From contig CAVWVQ010000003.1 of the NCBI GenBank assembly GCA_963758525.1, forward strand, positions 2,336,001-2,400,000: a stretch of DNA of 64,000 nt, in the 5' to 3' direction. Position 1 is the first letter of the stretch. Every line of letters starts with the position of its first letter. The position numbers and the translations under genes were made by a program. The notes under the pieces are model-generated. The model searched no databases, was not told where the DNA came from, and was given only the letters and a program-made list of their open reading frames with translations. Positions 10,073 through 20,664 of the stretch are shown here, piece after piece. Source of the DNA: an uncultured Phycisphaerales bacterium. Lineage in GTDB: Bacteria; Planctomycetota; Phycisphaerae; Tepidisphaerales; Tepidisphaeraceae.

Positions 10073-10951
10073 TTGGTTCGCTATAAACTCACCATCGTCT
10101 ATCGCGGCACGCGCTATCATGGCTGGCAGCAGCAGCCGGCGCTGGAGAGTTTTCGCGGCGAAGCTCCGCCGCAGGGGGAGGGACTGCCGACCATACAGGA
10201 AACCCTGGCACGCGCCATCGGTGCGGTCGTCGGTCATCCGGTGAGCGTTACGGGCTCTTCCCGCACCGATGCGGGCGTACACGCGAAGGGGCAGCTTGCG
10301 CACTTCGAAACCGCGCATCGCAACATCCCGGCCGAGGGACTTCGGCGCGCGGTCAATCACAAGCTGCCGGGAGATATGCTGATCCGTTCGATTCAGGAGG
10401 TCGGGCCGGGCTTTGACGCCATCCGATCGACGCTCTCAAAGCGATATCAATACTTCATCTGGAACCATTTTGACCGTCCGGTGTTCTTTAACGATCTGGC
10501 CTGGCATCGCTGGCAATCGCTGCAGATTGACGCGATGACCAGGGCCGCGGAGGCATTTGTCGGCGAGCACGACTTTGCCAGCTTTGCCCGGGCGGGCCAC
10601 GGGCGGGACAATACCATTCGCACGATCCTCTCCTGCGAGCTCTCGCATCGGCCGCCCAGGATCGTGATCGGCATCGAGGGGACTGGTTTTCTGTGGAATA
10701 TGGTGCGCATTATCGTCGGAACCCTCGTCCAGGTCGGGCTCGGGCGATATACGCCGGACGATATGCGGACAATGCTTGCGGCCCGGAAGCGGCAAGCGGC
10801 CGGACCGACGGCTCCGCCGCACGGCCTGTATCTGCAATGGATCAAAACGGATCCAGGACATGAGGTGAGAAGCAATGGCGGAGTCGTAAGAAGCCAGGAG
10901 CCAGAAGCCAGAAGCCCGGAGAGCGACAATGAGGAGGAGATTGAACAATGA
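10073..10951 (+). CDS. truA: tRNA pseudouridine(38-40) synthase (start uncertain, TTG 10073 or GTG 10055)
   Basis: YHGWQ, SRTDAGVHAKGQ, GEHDFASF, GFLWNMVR, TAPPHGLYL. Confidence 0.95.
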   Translation: MVRYKLTIVYRGTRYHGWQQQPALESFRGEAPPQGEGLPTIQETLARAIGAVVGHPVSVTGSSRTDAGVHAKGQLAHFETAHRNIPAEGLRRAVNHKLPGDMLIRSIQEVGPGFDAIRSTLSKRYQYFIWNHFDRPVFFNDLAWHRWQSLQIDAMTRAAEAFVGEHDFASFARAGHGRDNTIRTILSCELSHRPPRIVIGIEGTGFLWNMVRIIVGTLVQVGLGRYTPDDMRTMLAARKRQAAGPTAPPHGLYLQWIKTDPGHEVRSNGGVVRSQEPEARSPESDNEEEIEQ

Positions 10952-11181
10952 AGCGATTAGAGTCGCTTCACAAAGCGCGGGCCTTTCGTTTTCTTACTTC
11001 TTACTTCTTCCCCATCATGGCGGAGTCGTAAGAAGCCAGGAGCCAGAAGCCAGAAGCCAGGAGAGCGACAATGAGGAGGAGATTGAACAATGAAGCGATT
11101 AGAGTCGCTTCACAAAGCGCGGGCTTTTCGTTTTCTTACTTCTTACTTCTTACTCCTGACTTCTGACTTCTTCCCCATCAT
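10875..11181 (+). repeat. Tandem duplication, period 142 bp, with heptamer arms
   Basis: ATGGCGGAGTCGTAAGAAGCC... starts at 10875 and 11017; copies nearly identical. Confidence 0.95.
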
Positions 11182-12330
11182 GCGCATCGTCCACATCATC
11201 ACTCGCCTGGTCGTCGGCGGCGCGCAGGAAAACACGCTGCTCTCCTGTGAAGGCCAGCACCAGCGCGGACACGACGTCACCCTCATCACCGGCCGACCGA
11301 TCGGGCCGGAAGGATCGCTGCTGGATCGCGCCAGGCGTTCGGCTATCGCGTGGAGGTTATCGACGCGATGCGACGCTCGATTCTCCCCGCCCGCGACTTG
11401 CTCATTTACCGCCGCCTCGTCCGCCAACTGCGGGAGCTTCAGCCCGACGTGGTGCACACCCACAGCAGCAAGGCAGGCATCATCGGACGCTGGGCCGCCC
11501 GCAAGGCTGGTGTGCCGATCATCGTTCACACCATTCACGGCCTTGCCTTTACCGCATCCACGCGCGCCAGCGTGAACAGTGTCTACCGCTTTCTTGAACG
11601 CCGCGCCGCCCCCATCACGACGCGCATCGTTTGCGTCGCCGATGCGATGCGCGATCAGTCGTTGGCCGCCAATATCGGGCGGCGCGAGCAGTACGTGACG
11701 GTTTACAGCGGCATGGAGACCGCTCCGTTTCTCGATCCGCCGGTGCCGCGCAATGTCGTTCGCGGTCAACTCGGCATTGCCGACGATCACGTCGTCGTGG
11801 GAACGATTGCCCGGCTCTTCGACCTCAAGGGTCATGAAGATCTTCTCGACCTGGCGCCGAGCCTGTGCGCGGCGTACCCGCGGCTGCGATTTCTCTGGGT
11901 CGGCGGCGGTTTGCTCCGGCCCAAGTTCGAATCGCAAATCGAAGCGATGGGTCTGAAGGATCGGTTTATTCTGACTGGGCTGGTTCCTCCCGCGCGGATT
12001 CCCGAGCTGACTCATGCGATGGATATCGTCGTCCATCCGTCTCGGCGGGAGGGCCTCGCGCGGGCGTTGCCGCAGGCCTCGCTTGCCGGGAAACCGGTCA
12101 TCACCTACGACATTGATGGAGCCAAAGAGGGGGTTTTGGATCGGGAAACAGGGTTCGTGCTGCCTCCATTTCGGAAGGATCTGCTCGGTGCGGCGTTGCG
12201 CACGCTGCTGGAGGATCCGCCCTTGCGCGCGAAGATGGGCGAGCTGGGCCGAAGATTCGCTCTGTCGCGGTTTGCGGTGGGAACGATGGTCGACGCCCTT
12301 GAAGCGGTATATCGCGGCGCGGTACCCTGA
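11179..12330 (+). CDS. Glycosyltransferase family 4, frameshift near 11330
   Basis: MRIVHIITRLVVGGAQENT in one frame; VHTHSSKAG..EGLARALPQA in the next. Confidence 0.9.
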
Positions 12331-12391
12331 AGGCATATCCGGGCGCAGAATAAGGTCGTTACACCAGGTCGGGCGCGTACGAGCATTCATT

Positions 12392-13198
12392 ATGATTAAA
12401 AGACGTTGTCCGCGCACTGCGCCTGTTTGCCAGATTGAAAGTCTTGAGAATCGCACGTTCATGTCCGCCACCGTCGGCGCCATGGCCGCTGCGAAAAAAA
12501 CCGTCACGCCAACGACTGCGATTCAGGAGCAGTTCTCGCGTCACGTCGTGCGGCTCGGGCAGAATCTCACGATCAATGTGAAAGTTGGCGCCAAGGGAAG
12601 CGCGCCGGCAACCGGAACGGTTGAGCTGCTCAGCAAAGGAACGCCGATTACCACGCTGGACGGCCCGTTGACCTTGACGCTCAACGCCTCGGGCAGCGCG
12701 TCGTACACGTTCGCCGCGGGCAATCTCGAGTTCTTCAGCGGCATTTACTACGTGAAGGCGCAATATCTCGGCGATGCCACGCATCCGAGCGCGACGTCGA
12801 AGGTGCAGACGCTCTATGTCATCACGCCGCCATTTCGAAAAGACGGAAAGCAGGGGCTGGAGTTCTCGACCGTCAACAAAGGCAAGGGGGGCAAAGCCGT
12901 CGTCACGGGGGACACTGTGAACGTCGCCTATACCGGATTGCTGGCCAGCGACGGAACGATCTTCGACTATGCCACCGGGCATGGGGCCGGTTCCACCCCA
13001 TACCTTCAATACACGGTTGAGAGCCAGCCCGAGCAAGTCATCCCCGGCTTCGATGAAGGCACATTGGGGATGAAGATCGGCGAGACCCGCGTGATCTACA
13101 TTCCCTACGCCCTCGGCTACGGAAGCGAGGGTTCAGGGACCAGCATTCCCGCCTTCGCCGATCTGATTTTCATCGTGACGTTGCTGAAGATTATGTAG
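12392..13198 (+). CDS. FKBP-type PPIase with Ig-like domain and planctomycete N-terminal motif
   Basis: IESLENRTFMS; AQYLGD Ig-like; VAYTG..GTIFD..VIPGFDEG..IPYALGYG..IP. Confidence 0.85.
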   Translation: MIKRRCPRTAPVCQIESLENRTFMSATVGAMAAAKKTVTPTTAIQEQFSRHVVRLGQNLTINVKVGAKGSAPATGTVELLSKGTPITTLDGPLTLTLNASGSASYTFAAGNLEFFSGIYYVKAQYLGDATHPSATSKVQTLYVITPPFRKDGKQGLEFSTVNKGKGGKAVVTGDTVNVAYTGLLASDGTIFDYATGHGAGSTPYLQYTVESQPEQVIPGFDEGTLGMKIGETRVIYIPYALGYGSEGSGTSIPAFADLIFIVTLLKIM

Positions 13199-13203
13199 GG
13201 ATG

Positions 13204-13495
13204 GGAAAGGCACGGGGGTACGAAGGGAGTAGGAAAGGCACGAAGGCACGGAGGTACGAAGGGAGTAGGAAAGGCACGAAGGCACTGAGGCACGAAGGCA
13301 CGGAGGCACGAAGGGTGAGGAAGGGGATTCTGTGATCAGAGCGAAGCGATAAAAATCCCATTCCTTCCCTTGGTGCCTCCGTGCCTTCGTGCCTTCGTGC
13401 CTTTCCTACTCCCTCCGTGCCTTCGTGCCTTTCCTAACCCCTTGGTGCCTTGGTGCCTTCCCAACTCTTTCCCACGATGCCTTGGTCCCTTTCCC
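13204..13495. repeat. Long inverted array of GGCACGAA/GGCACGGA octamers
   Basis: Left arm ~13204-13330, reverse-complement arm ~13354-13495. Confidence 0.9.
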
Positions 13496-13516
13496 GTTGT
13501 GGCCTACACTTCTCCC

Positions 13517-14191
13517 ATGGCTTCCATTCTCGTCATCGGCCCGCATCCCGACGACCAGGAGCTGGGCATGGGTGGTTCGATCGCCCGGCTGGTGCTGCAG
13601 CGTCATCGCGTGCATCTGATCGACATGACCAATGGCGAGCCGACGCCGCTGGGCACGCCGGAGAAGCGCGCCAGGGAGTCCGCCGACGCCGCGAAGATTC
13701 TTGGCGTCGGGCGGACGCTGATCGGTCTGCCCAACCGGGAGGTGGTGCATTCGGTGGAGGCGCGGCACAAGCTCGCCGCGGTCATCCGCGTGCATCGGCC
13801 CGATTGGATGTTCGTTCCCTATCCGGTTGATGCGCATCCCGATCACGTGGCTGTCACGCGCATTGCCGAGGACGCCCGCTTCGACGCGAAACTGAGCAAG
13901 TCGAGCATTCCCGGCGAGCCGTGTTATCCGAAGCGGATCATCTATTACTACTGCACGCACCTGCGGATGAATTTCGAGCCGACATTCTGCCTCGACGTCA
14001 CTGACCAGATCGAGACGAAGATCGCCGCCGTGAAGGCGTATGCTTCGCAGTTCGTGGAGAATAAAAGCCCGGTCGTGGAGATGGTGAAGACGCTCAACGG
14101 ATATTTCGGCGGACGAATCGGGACCGCGTATGCCGAGCCGTTTTTCACGCACGAGGCGCTGGGATTCGGCGGGCTGGATCAGTTGATCTGA
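13517..14191 (+). CDS. bshB1: PIG-L family deacetylase, BshB1-like
   Basis: PHPDDQELGMGG, DMTNGEPTP, DAHPDH, AYASQF, YAEPF. Confidence 0.75.
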   Translation: MASILVIGPHPDDQELGMGGSIARLVLQRHRVHLIDMTNGEPTPLGTPEKRARESADAAKILGVGRTLIGLPNREVVHSVEARHKLAAVIRVHRPDWMFVPYPVDAHPDHVAVTRIAEDARFDAKLSKSSIPGEPCYPKRIIYYYCTHLRMNFEPTFCLDVTDQIETKIAAVKAYASQFVENKSPVVEMVKTLNGYFGGRIGTAYAEPFFTHEALGFGGLDQLI

Positions 14192-14192
14192 T

Positions 14193-14295
14193 CTGAAATC
14201 TCAAATTTGAAATTGAAAATTTGAAAGCGCGAGCGGTTGGATTTGATCGAAATCTCAAATTTGAAATGTGAACAGCTTTCTGAAATTTCAAATCG
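14193..14295. repeat. AT-rich heptamer repeats (TTTGAAA/TCTCAAA)
   Basis: GAAATCTCAAATTTGAAAT occurs twice plus variants. Confidence 0.75.
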
Positions 14296-14359
14296 AACTG
14301 CGCCAGCATTTCCCAGCGTCCCAGTTCGATTCAGTGACGGCGTCGGCTAAGATGAAAGC

Positions 14360-14866
14360 ATGAGCGCCATGACGCTGATCAACATCCTCGCCCGCTGGCT
14401 TCACGTCATGACCGCCTGCGTGCTGATCGGCTGCGCGTTCTTCGCCTTCTTCCTGCTTCCCATCGCGCTGCGGGGTCTGGAGCCGGAGCGGCGGCTGGCA
14501 GCCCTACTGCAAGTGCGCCGCCCGCTCAAGATGGTGGTGCACGCTGGCGTACTCCTCCTGCTTCTGAGCGGCGCATATAACGCCGTCCGCAACTGGCACA
14601 TCTATAACCAGTGGCCCGGCATCACGCACGGAATCTTCGGCATCCACGTTCTGCTGGGTCTGGGTGTGATGACCCTGCAACTGATCGCGCTGGCGGGAAA
14701 GATACCTCGGCCATCGGCGGCGACGATGAGCCGATGGGCGTTGATCCTGGCGTTTCTGACCGTGCTTGCCGGGTCGACGCTCAAATGGGCCAGGGAACGC
14801 GCGCACGATCGTCCCAGCGTGCCGCCGGCGCGGGCAAGCTTTGATAACAAGCCGCATGGCGGATGA
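14360..14866 (+). CDS. Four-TM membrane protein with intramembrane His residues
   Basis: RWLHV.., LLLSGAYN, HGIFGIH. Confidence 0.7.
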   Translation: MSAMTLINILARWLHVMTACVLIGCAFFAFFLLPIALRGLEPERRLAALLQVRRPLKMVVHAGVLLLLLSGAYNAVRNWHIYNQWPGITHGIFGIHVLLGLGVMTLQLIALAGKIPRPSAATMSRWALILAFLTVLAGSTLKWARERAHDRPSVPPARASFDNKPHGG

Positions 14867-15311
14867 GAGGATTGCATCTTCGCCGCCGCCGGAAGATGAA
14901 ATTCTTCCCGGGGTTCGCATTGCGCCAGCGGCGGTGCGCTTTCAGTTCGCCCGCAGCCGCGGGCCGGGGGGGCAGAACGTCAACAAGGTGAACAGCAAGG
15001 CCGAACTGTGGGTGCCGGTGAGCGCGATCCATGGATTAAGCGAACGAGCGATCGGCCGATTGCGCCGCATGGCCGGCAAACGGCTGACGGGGGTGGACGA
15101 GATTCATATTGCATCCGATACCGAGCGATCGCAGGAAGCCAATCGGCTCGCCGCGCTGGTTCGACTGCGCGTTCTCATCGTGACCGCGATGCACGAACCG
15201 AAGCCGCGCCGCAAGACCAAACCAACTCGCGCATCACAGCGCCGGCGAATCGAGTCCAAGCGACATCGCTCCCAGATCAAGTCCGGGCGCCGAGGGTCGG
15301 AGTCAGAGTGA
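14856..15311 (+). CDS. arfB: Alternative ribosome rescue peptidyl-tRNA hydrolase
   Basis: RSRGPGGQNVNKVNSK, RSQEAN, basic tail PRRKTKPTRASQRRR. Confidence 0.92.
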   Translation: MADERIASSPPPEDEILPGVRIAPAAVRFQFARSRGPGGQNVNKVNSKAELWVPVSAIHGLSERAIGRLRRMAGKRLTGVDEIHIASDTERSQEANRLAALVRLRVLIVTAMHEPKPRRKTKPTRASQRRRIESKRHRSQIKSGRRGSESE

Positions 15312-15413
15312 CGTGGTGCATCGCGATCTCCTGACTTCCGGAATTTGCCCGGCTACAATCCGGCCCCGGCGCCGCAACGGCAGCGCAATCTGGTTCCACC
15401 TGACGGAGAAACA

Positions 15414-16574
15414 ATGCATCGAAGCCTTCCCGTCCTGCTCGCTTCTGTGATCTGTTGCTTCAGTTGTACGCATGCTGCCGAACCCAGCCGGCCGACAACA
15501 CTGTCGACTACCCAGCCGGTGACCACGGTGACACCCCCGGCGACTCCCGCGCCGGCCACTCAGCCGGCCACGCAACCGCTGGCGGAACCGCCGCCGCCGA
15601 CGGCAGGGGCTTTGAAGGTCGGCGATGCCGCGCCGGCGCTGATGCCCGCCAAATGGATCAAGGGAGAGCCGGTCGAGCGATTGGAGAAGGGGAAGGTTTA
15701 CGTCGTAGAGTTCTGGGCCACATGGTGCGGCCCGTGCAGGCAGAGCATTCCGCACCTCACGGAGCTGGCGGCAAAATTCAAGGATATCACGTTCATCGGC
15801 CAGGATGTCTGGGAGCCGGATCTCACGACGGTCGAGCCCTTCGTCAAGGAAATGGGCGACAAGATGGACTACCACGTCGCGATAGATGACGCCGAGCATG
15901 GCAAGATGGATCAGGCGTGGATGGCCGCCGCCGGGCAGGAAGGGATTCCCACCGCGTTTGTCGTCGATAAGGACACGAAGATCGCGTGGATCGGTCATCC
16001 GATGGAGCTCGAGCCGGTGCTGACGGAGGTGACGGCCGGCACCTTCGATGCGCAAAAGTTTGCCGCAGTCAGCGCCGCGAAAGAGGCTGCGATGGCGAGA
16101 ATTCGCAAGGCCATGCAAGCCAATGATCCGAACCAGGTGCTCGCGGAAATCGATGCGATCTCCACGAGCGATCCGCAGATGGGCAGGCAACTCATCGGCC
16201 TGAGATATTCGATGCTGCTGCAGAAGAAAGACGTGCCCGCCGCGATGGTCGTGGCGAAACAAATGATCGCGGACTCCAATGATAATGCCGACAATCTGAA
16301 TCAAATCGCCTGGTCGATGGTCGACGCGGATCATCCGATCGACAAACCCGATTTATCGCTCGCCGAGCAGGCCGCGACGCGCACCAACGAGTTAGACAAG
16401 GGGAACGATCCGGTCATCCTCGATACGCTCGCCCACGTCTATGCGGCCGAAGGACATTTCGACAAGGCCGTGGCGACTGAAACGCAAGCTGTCGCCAAAA
16501 ACACTGACCCGCAGGCGAAGGGCGATTTCGCCAAGTCGCTCGATTCATTCATGGCGCAGGCCGGCAAGAAATGA
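15414..16574 (+). CDS. Exported TlpA-type thioredoxin with C-terminal TPR
   Basis: Signal peptide, VVEFWATWCGPC, GIPTAFVV, LDTLAHVY TPR. Confidence 0.88.
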   Translation: MHRSLPVLLASVICCFSCTHAAEPSRPTTLSTTQPVTTVTPPATPAPATQPATQPLAEPPPPTAGALKVGDAAPALMPAKWIKGEPVERLEKGKVYVVEFWATWCGPCRQSIPHLTELAAKFKDITFIGQDVWEPDLTTVEPFVKEMGDKMDYHVAIDDAEHGKMDQAWMAAAGQEGIPTAFVVDKDTKIAWIGHPMELEPVLTEVTAGTFDAQKFAAVSAAKEAAMARIRKAMQANDPNQVLAEIDAISTSDPQMGRQLIGLRYSMLLQKKDVPAAMVVAKQMIADSNDNADNLNQIAWSMVDADHPIDKPDLSLAEQAATRTNELDKGNDPVILDTLAHVYAAEGHFDKAVATETQAVAKNTDPQAKGDFAKSLDSFMAQAGKK

Positions 16575-16592
16575 GCACCTCAATCGCCGCCG

Positions 16593-17096
16593 GTGGAGCG
16601 TGACTGCCGATCGCCCGCATCCACCGCCGCAGACGCGCGCCGCTTGCGCCGCGGACGCGCCGGAATCACGCGTATCGAGCACGTCAGTTTCGTCCATGCC
16701 GGGGAGCGCTTTGGGGAGAGGCGCGTTCGCTACCTGATCGGCTCGCCGCGCGCGATCGTGCGCGTTGCCGAACTGGATGGAAACCTGTTGGGCTGGATCG
16801 CGGGATTCGCCGTTCCCCGCTCTCCGCGGCCGTGGGGGCGCATCTACGCCCTGGCCGTTGATCCCGCCGCGCGCGGCAGGAAAATCGGACCGCTGCTGCT
16901 CCTCGAAATGATCGCATTGCTGCGCCAGCAGGGTGCGCGGCGAATCTTCCTGGAAGTCCGTCCCGACAATTACGCCGCACTCCGGCTCTACGAAAAATGC
17001 GGATTTGTCCGCTGCCGGCAATTGGAAAACTATTACGGACACGGGCATCCAGCCCTGCGGATGGCGCTGGAACCACCGCATCAAGGCCCTCGTTGA
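16593..17096 (+). CDS. GNAT acetyltransferase (RimI-like)
   Basis: LAVDPAARGRKIG, LEVRPDNYAALRLYEKCGF, NYY. Confidence 0.85.
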   Translation: MERDCRSPASTAADARRLRRGRAGITRIEHVSFVHAGERFGERRVRYLIGSPRAIVRVAELDGNLLGWIAGFAVPRSPRPWGRIYALAVDPAARGRKIGPLLLLEMIALLRQQGARRIFLEVRPDNYAALRLYEKCGFVRCRQLENYYGHGHPALRMALEPPHQGPR

Positions 17097-17213
17097 GATA
17101 AAGCCTCACAGGGAGCGGCTGATTTGAGGGTGATGCAGCCGACTTTGAGTGCGTTTCGCACCTCTTGAAAGATCCGAATCGAATTTCCGCGGTGCCACCC
17201 CCGCAATCACCGT

Positions 17214-17705
17214 TCAGCCCGTCATTGCCTTCTGCATGACCTTAATCAACTCATTGTCCTTTTCATCGAGATACGGCGTCAGATCCAGATCCCGCGGCAC
17301 TCTCGTCAGCTTGGCCGAGTCTGCGGTCTTGATCCACTGCTGCATGAACTTGTCGTAGTCCCGCCATTCGATACCCGCCGCCCGGACGGCTGCCTCTTCA
17401 GCGCGGAGCGCGATCTGATGAGCATGCTGATAGTGCAGTCCCCACGTATCGATCATCGCCTTCTCCGTCGCTTCGTGCAGTATCAAAAACTTATCCACGT
17501 AGTGCTGGCGGCCAAGATGGTCGGTGAAACAATGATGCAGATGTCGATCGATGTAAATTCGCGATCGATCGACGCTGTACCCGGCCAGATACGGAATGTC
17601 ATGATCCCGATCCAGCGTGACGCGTTTCGTGATCTCGGCGACGGAATGATCGAGCATCGCCGAGCTCACGAGGGTGTCGTTGGTGTTTTTGTGATGGCCG
17701 CTCAT
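17214..17705 (-). CDS. Hypothetical His-rich putative metal-binding protein
   Basis: GGAGG RBS; LILHEATE and HYQHAH motifs. Confidence 0.7.
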   Translation of the reverse strand: MSGHHKNTNDTLVSSAMLDHSVAEITKRVTLDRDHDIPYLAGYSVDRSRIYIDRHLHHCFTDHLGRQHYVDKFLILHEATEKAMIDTWGLHYQHAHQIALRAEEAAVRAAGIEWRDYDKFMQQWIKTADSAKLTRVPRDLDLTPYLDEKDNELIKVMQKAMTG

Positions 17706-17830
17706 GGAATGACCTCCGAATTCTGCGCGCCCGGTTCCTGGAGCACCGCCCGCCCGCGTTGCGAAGCGTGGAAAGTTTGCGACAATCACTTGATGATGTC
17801 GAGCAAGGAATGCCGCAGGTCGGAGGATGC

Positions 17831-20662
17831 ATGAAAAGCGAACGGATTCCGAGTCAGGGTGAACAGCAGTCGGCGGAGCTGAGAGGCGGAACGCAGGGCG
17901 TTGAAGCCGAAGTCCAGCGCCTGCTGAACGGCGGGAAATGCAAGCAGGCAGTCGAGCTGGCGAAAACTCATTACAAGCAGTTGGACACCGCCGAATCGCG
18001 GCACCTCCTGGTTCAAGCCTATCTGGCGCACATCGCGGAATTTCAGCACAAGGGAATGGCGGAGGAAGCCCAGACGCTCTTGTCGCTGGTTCTGCAGCGA
18101 TTTCCCTCGGAGCGGCAGCAACTGGAGAAGGTGGAGGTTGTCGCCGCCGCGACAGCGGGGCGGCTTGCGGACCTTCTGCGGCCGCTGACGTCGGAGCAAA
18201 CGTCGCCGGAGACTCGATCGTTGATCGAAGCGGCCGTGCGCCGGCATGTGAGGGATCTGCCTGCGCTGGCGGCGTGCGGCGCGCTTCCGCCGGAGCATCC
18301 GCTGCGGCTTGGAGCCGCGGCCATCTGGCGGGCGTTTTTAGCAGTCACCAGCGGTCCGGTGACCGACGCGGAGATCGAGTTGCCGGAGCTTTCGCGACGC
18401 AGCCCGCTGGCGGCGTGGAAAATGCTGATCCGGGCGATCTTCGCGTATTACCGCCACGACGATCCGGGATGCCTGCGGGCGCTTGACGCGATTCCCGCCG
18501 ACGCGGCAATTGCGAATATCGCAGCGGCGCTGCGGGCCATGGCCGAGGGAAAGAAGCCGGCGGCGGGAGTTGCCGCGGCTCTCTTCAATCGCGTGGTCAG
18601 CGCAGATCAGGGGCTCCTTGCGGCGATCACGCAGCTCGAATCCGCGTACGATTCCTACGACTTGTCTCATTTGCACGGATCGATCCGCCACGCGGTCCGG
18701 GCGTGCGCCCAATCACGGCCGGAGCTGCTCGATCGGTTTCGACAGCACATCTCGATGGGCTGCTTCCTTCGGGATGTCCCTTTCGCCGCAGTTGTGCCGG
18801 TGCTCGGGATCACGGTCAAGAACGCGTATTTCTGGAGATTGCTCGCCCGGGCGAGTGAAAGCCGCGGTTTCGAGTCGGGCGCCGCGATGTACTGGGAGAG
18901 GTTCCTGCGGCATGCCGTCGACGAGCAGATGTTCGCTGAATCGAGCATGGAAGCCGCAACGGTCTGGCTGCACATCGCGGAGCTGCTGTCGCGATTGTCG
19001 CCCTCTGAAATCGGTGCAGCCTGGGCAGCGTGGACCACCTCCGGCACGATCGTGGAGTATTACAACAATCAGCCGAAAGAGATCGCGGCCCTTCGCCCGA
19101 AATCGGTTGAGCAACTGGCAAACGACCTGCTCGAGCCGGGACGGCCGTTCCAGCGTGCAGCAGCCATTCGACCAGAGCTTGAGGTTTTCCAGCAATGGTG
19201 GAATTGGGCGGAGAAGTTCGATCTGCCGGCCAAGCAAATGGAAGACATCGCGCTGCAGTGGAATCGAAGCCGGCCGCGCGATGCCCGGCCGCTGGTGATC
19301 CTCTCGGCGCTGGCGGAGCAACGAAATGCACTTTCGCTGGCGCTCAAGCGGCTCGGGGATGCGGAGGCGATCGATCCCATGAATCATCAGGTTCGCCAGG
19401 CGCGGGTGCGCGTGACGCTGTCAATCGCATGGCGGCATTTTGCCGACGCAAAGAGCCACCTGGTTGAAAAGGATCTTGCGGATCTGGCTGCGATGCCTGG
19501 CATGAATGAAGGCGATCGCGGAGCGGTGCTGGAATCGATGCGGGGCGCCTGGCATGCATTGCGGGGAGATCATGCCGCGGCGGCCGCTGCGCTGAACTCC
19601 GTCATCGACCGCATGGGGGAGATCGCCGCGCCGGTCCTCCATGAGTCCATCCGCAAAATGGCCAAGCTGATTGACGAGAAGGAGCCGCTGGCCGTGTTGC
19701 GGATCGATGATGCTCCGCCGATCGAGTTCGTCCTGGCGTCGGCTCGTGTTTTGCGGATCGCCCATGATTTGAAACTGAAGCTGTGGCAGCCCACGGCGTG
19801 GACGCCGCTGGTTGGGGAAGTATTGCGGCAACGCCCCTGTCCGCTCAATGATTCTGATTTGCTGGTCCTGGGAAGGGAGGCAGCTTCTCAATCCCAGTGG
19901 GAAATCGCATACGCGGGATCTTCCGCGGGCCTGGAACGATCCGCCTCCCCGGCGAGCATCGCCCGCTTCCTGCTGCTGCGGGCGCGGACGCTCCATGCTT
20001 CCTGGCATACGCCGCGTACGACGCAATGCCTGCGCGCGGCGCTCGAACTGGCCAGGCAGGCTCACGACGACGAGCTGATTCGCGACGTGTTCGCGGCGAT
20101 CGATCGCGACCCGTTCACCCGGCGGATCATCGCCGGCTCGCGCAACGGGCAAGGCATGGCGGAAGAGGTTCTGCAGTTGGTTCTGAAAACCGAACAGCGA
20201 GCCACCAGCTTTCCCCGCAGCCCTTCCGACAGCGATTCGTTCGTTGTCGAAGCAGCCGAGCCGGAGATGCGCGGGCTGTTCGGCGCGTTCAACGATGATT
20301 CCGACTGGGATTCGGAGGACGAGGAGGGTGATTATTTCCATGATGATGATGATGATGACGACGAGGAGGCGGGGTTGTTTGACCTTGGTGCATCGCCCCC
20401 AAGCGCAGCGCCCTTCGAAGTTCACCCTCCTCCGAAGATAAACCCGCGCGGCCAGCCAACGCGCGGCGGCGGCGCGGAGCCGGACAATTTCCTCCCCGAC
20501 CCGACGAAAATCATCGAATCGATGGCCAACGCGATGGGGCACAAGGTCAGCCCGGCGGAGCTGCGGGCGATGGCGGATGAACTGAGAAATGCAATCGGCG
20601 GCGGCGGGATCCCTGGGCGCGGAACCGGCGGGCAATCGAAACGCAAGAAGCGGAGGCGATAG
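17831..20662 (+). CDS. Large alpha-helical (TPR-like) protein with acidic and basic C-terminal tail
   Basis: GGAGG RBS; 943 aa Ala/Leu-rich helical; DDSDWDSEDEE..DDDDDDDEE; ends SKRKKRRR. Confidence 0.8.
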   Translation: MKSERIPSQGEQQSAELRGGTQGVEAEVQRLLNGGKCKQAVELAKTHYKQLDTAESRHLLVQAYLAHIAEFQHKGMAEEAQTLLSLVLQRFPSERQQLEKVEVVAAATAGRLADLLRPLTSEQTSPETRSLIEAAVRRHVRDLPALAACGALPPEHPLRLGAAAIWRAFLAVTSGPVTDAEIELPELSRRSPLAAWKMLIRAIFAYYRHDDPGCLRALDAIPADAAIANIAAALRAMAEGKKPAAGVAAALFNRVVSADQGLLAAITQLESAYDSYDLSHLHGSIRHAVRACAQSRPELLDRFRQHISMGCFLRDVPFAAVVPVLGITVKNAYFWRLLARASESRGFESGAAMYWERFLRHAVDEQMFAESSMEAATVWLHIAELLSRLSPSEIGAAWAAWTTSGTIVEYYNNQPKEIAALRPKSVEQLANDLLEPGRPFQRAAAIRPELEVFQQWWNWAEKFDLPAKQMEDIALQWNRSRPRDARPLVILSALAEQRNALSLALKRLGDAEAIDPMNHQVRQARVRVTLSIAWRHFADAKSHLVEKDLADLAAMPGMNEGDRGAVLESMRGAWHALRGDHAAAAAALNSVIDRMGEIAAPVLHESIRKMAKLIDEKEPLAVLRIDDAPPIEFVLASARVLRIAHDLKLKLWQPTAWTPLVGEVLRQRPCPLNDSDLLVLGREAASQSQWEIAYAGSSAGLERSASPASIARFLLLRARTLHASWHTPRTTQCLRAALELARQAHDDELIRDVFAAIDRDPFTRRIIAGSRNGQGMAEEVLQLVLKTEQRATSFPRSPSDSDSFVVEAAEPEMRGLFGAFNDDSDWDSEDEEGDYFHDDDDDDDEEAGLFDLGASPPSAAPFEVHPPPKINPRGQPTRGGGAEPDNFLPDPTKIIESMANAMGHKVSPAELRAMADELRNAIGGGGIPGRGTGGQSKRKKRRR

Positions 20663-20664
20663 CG

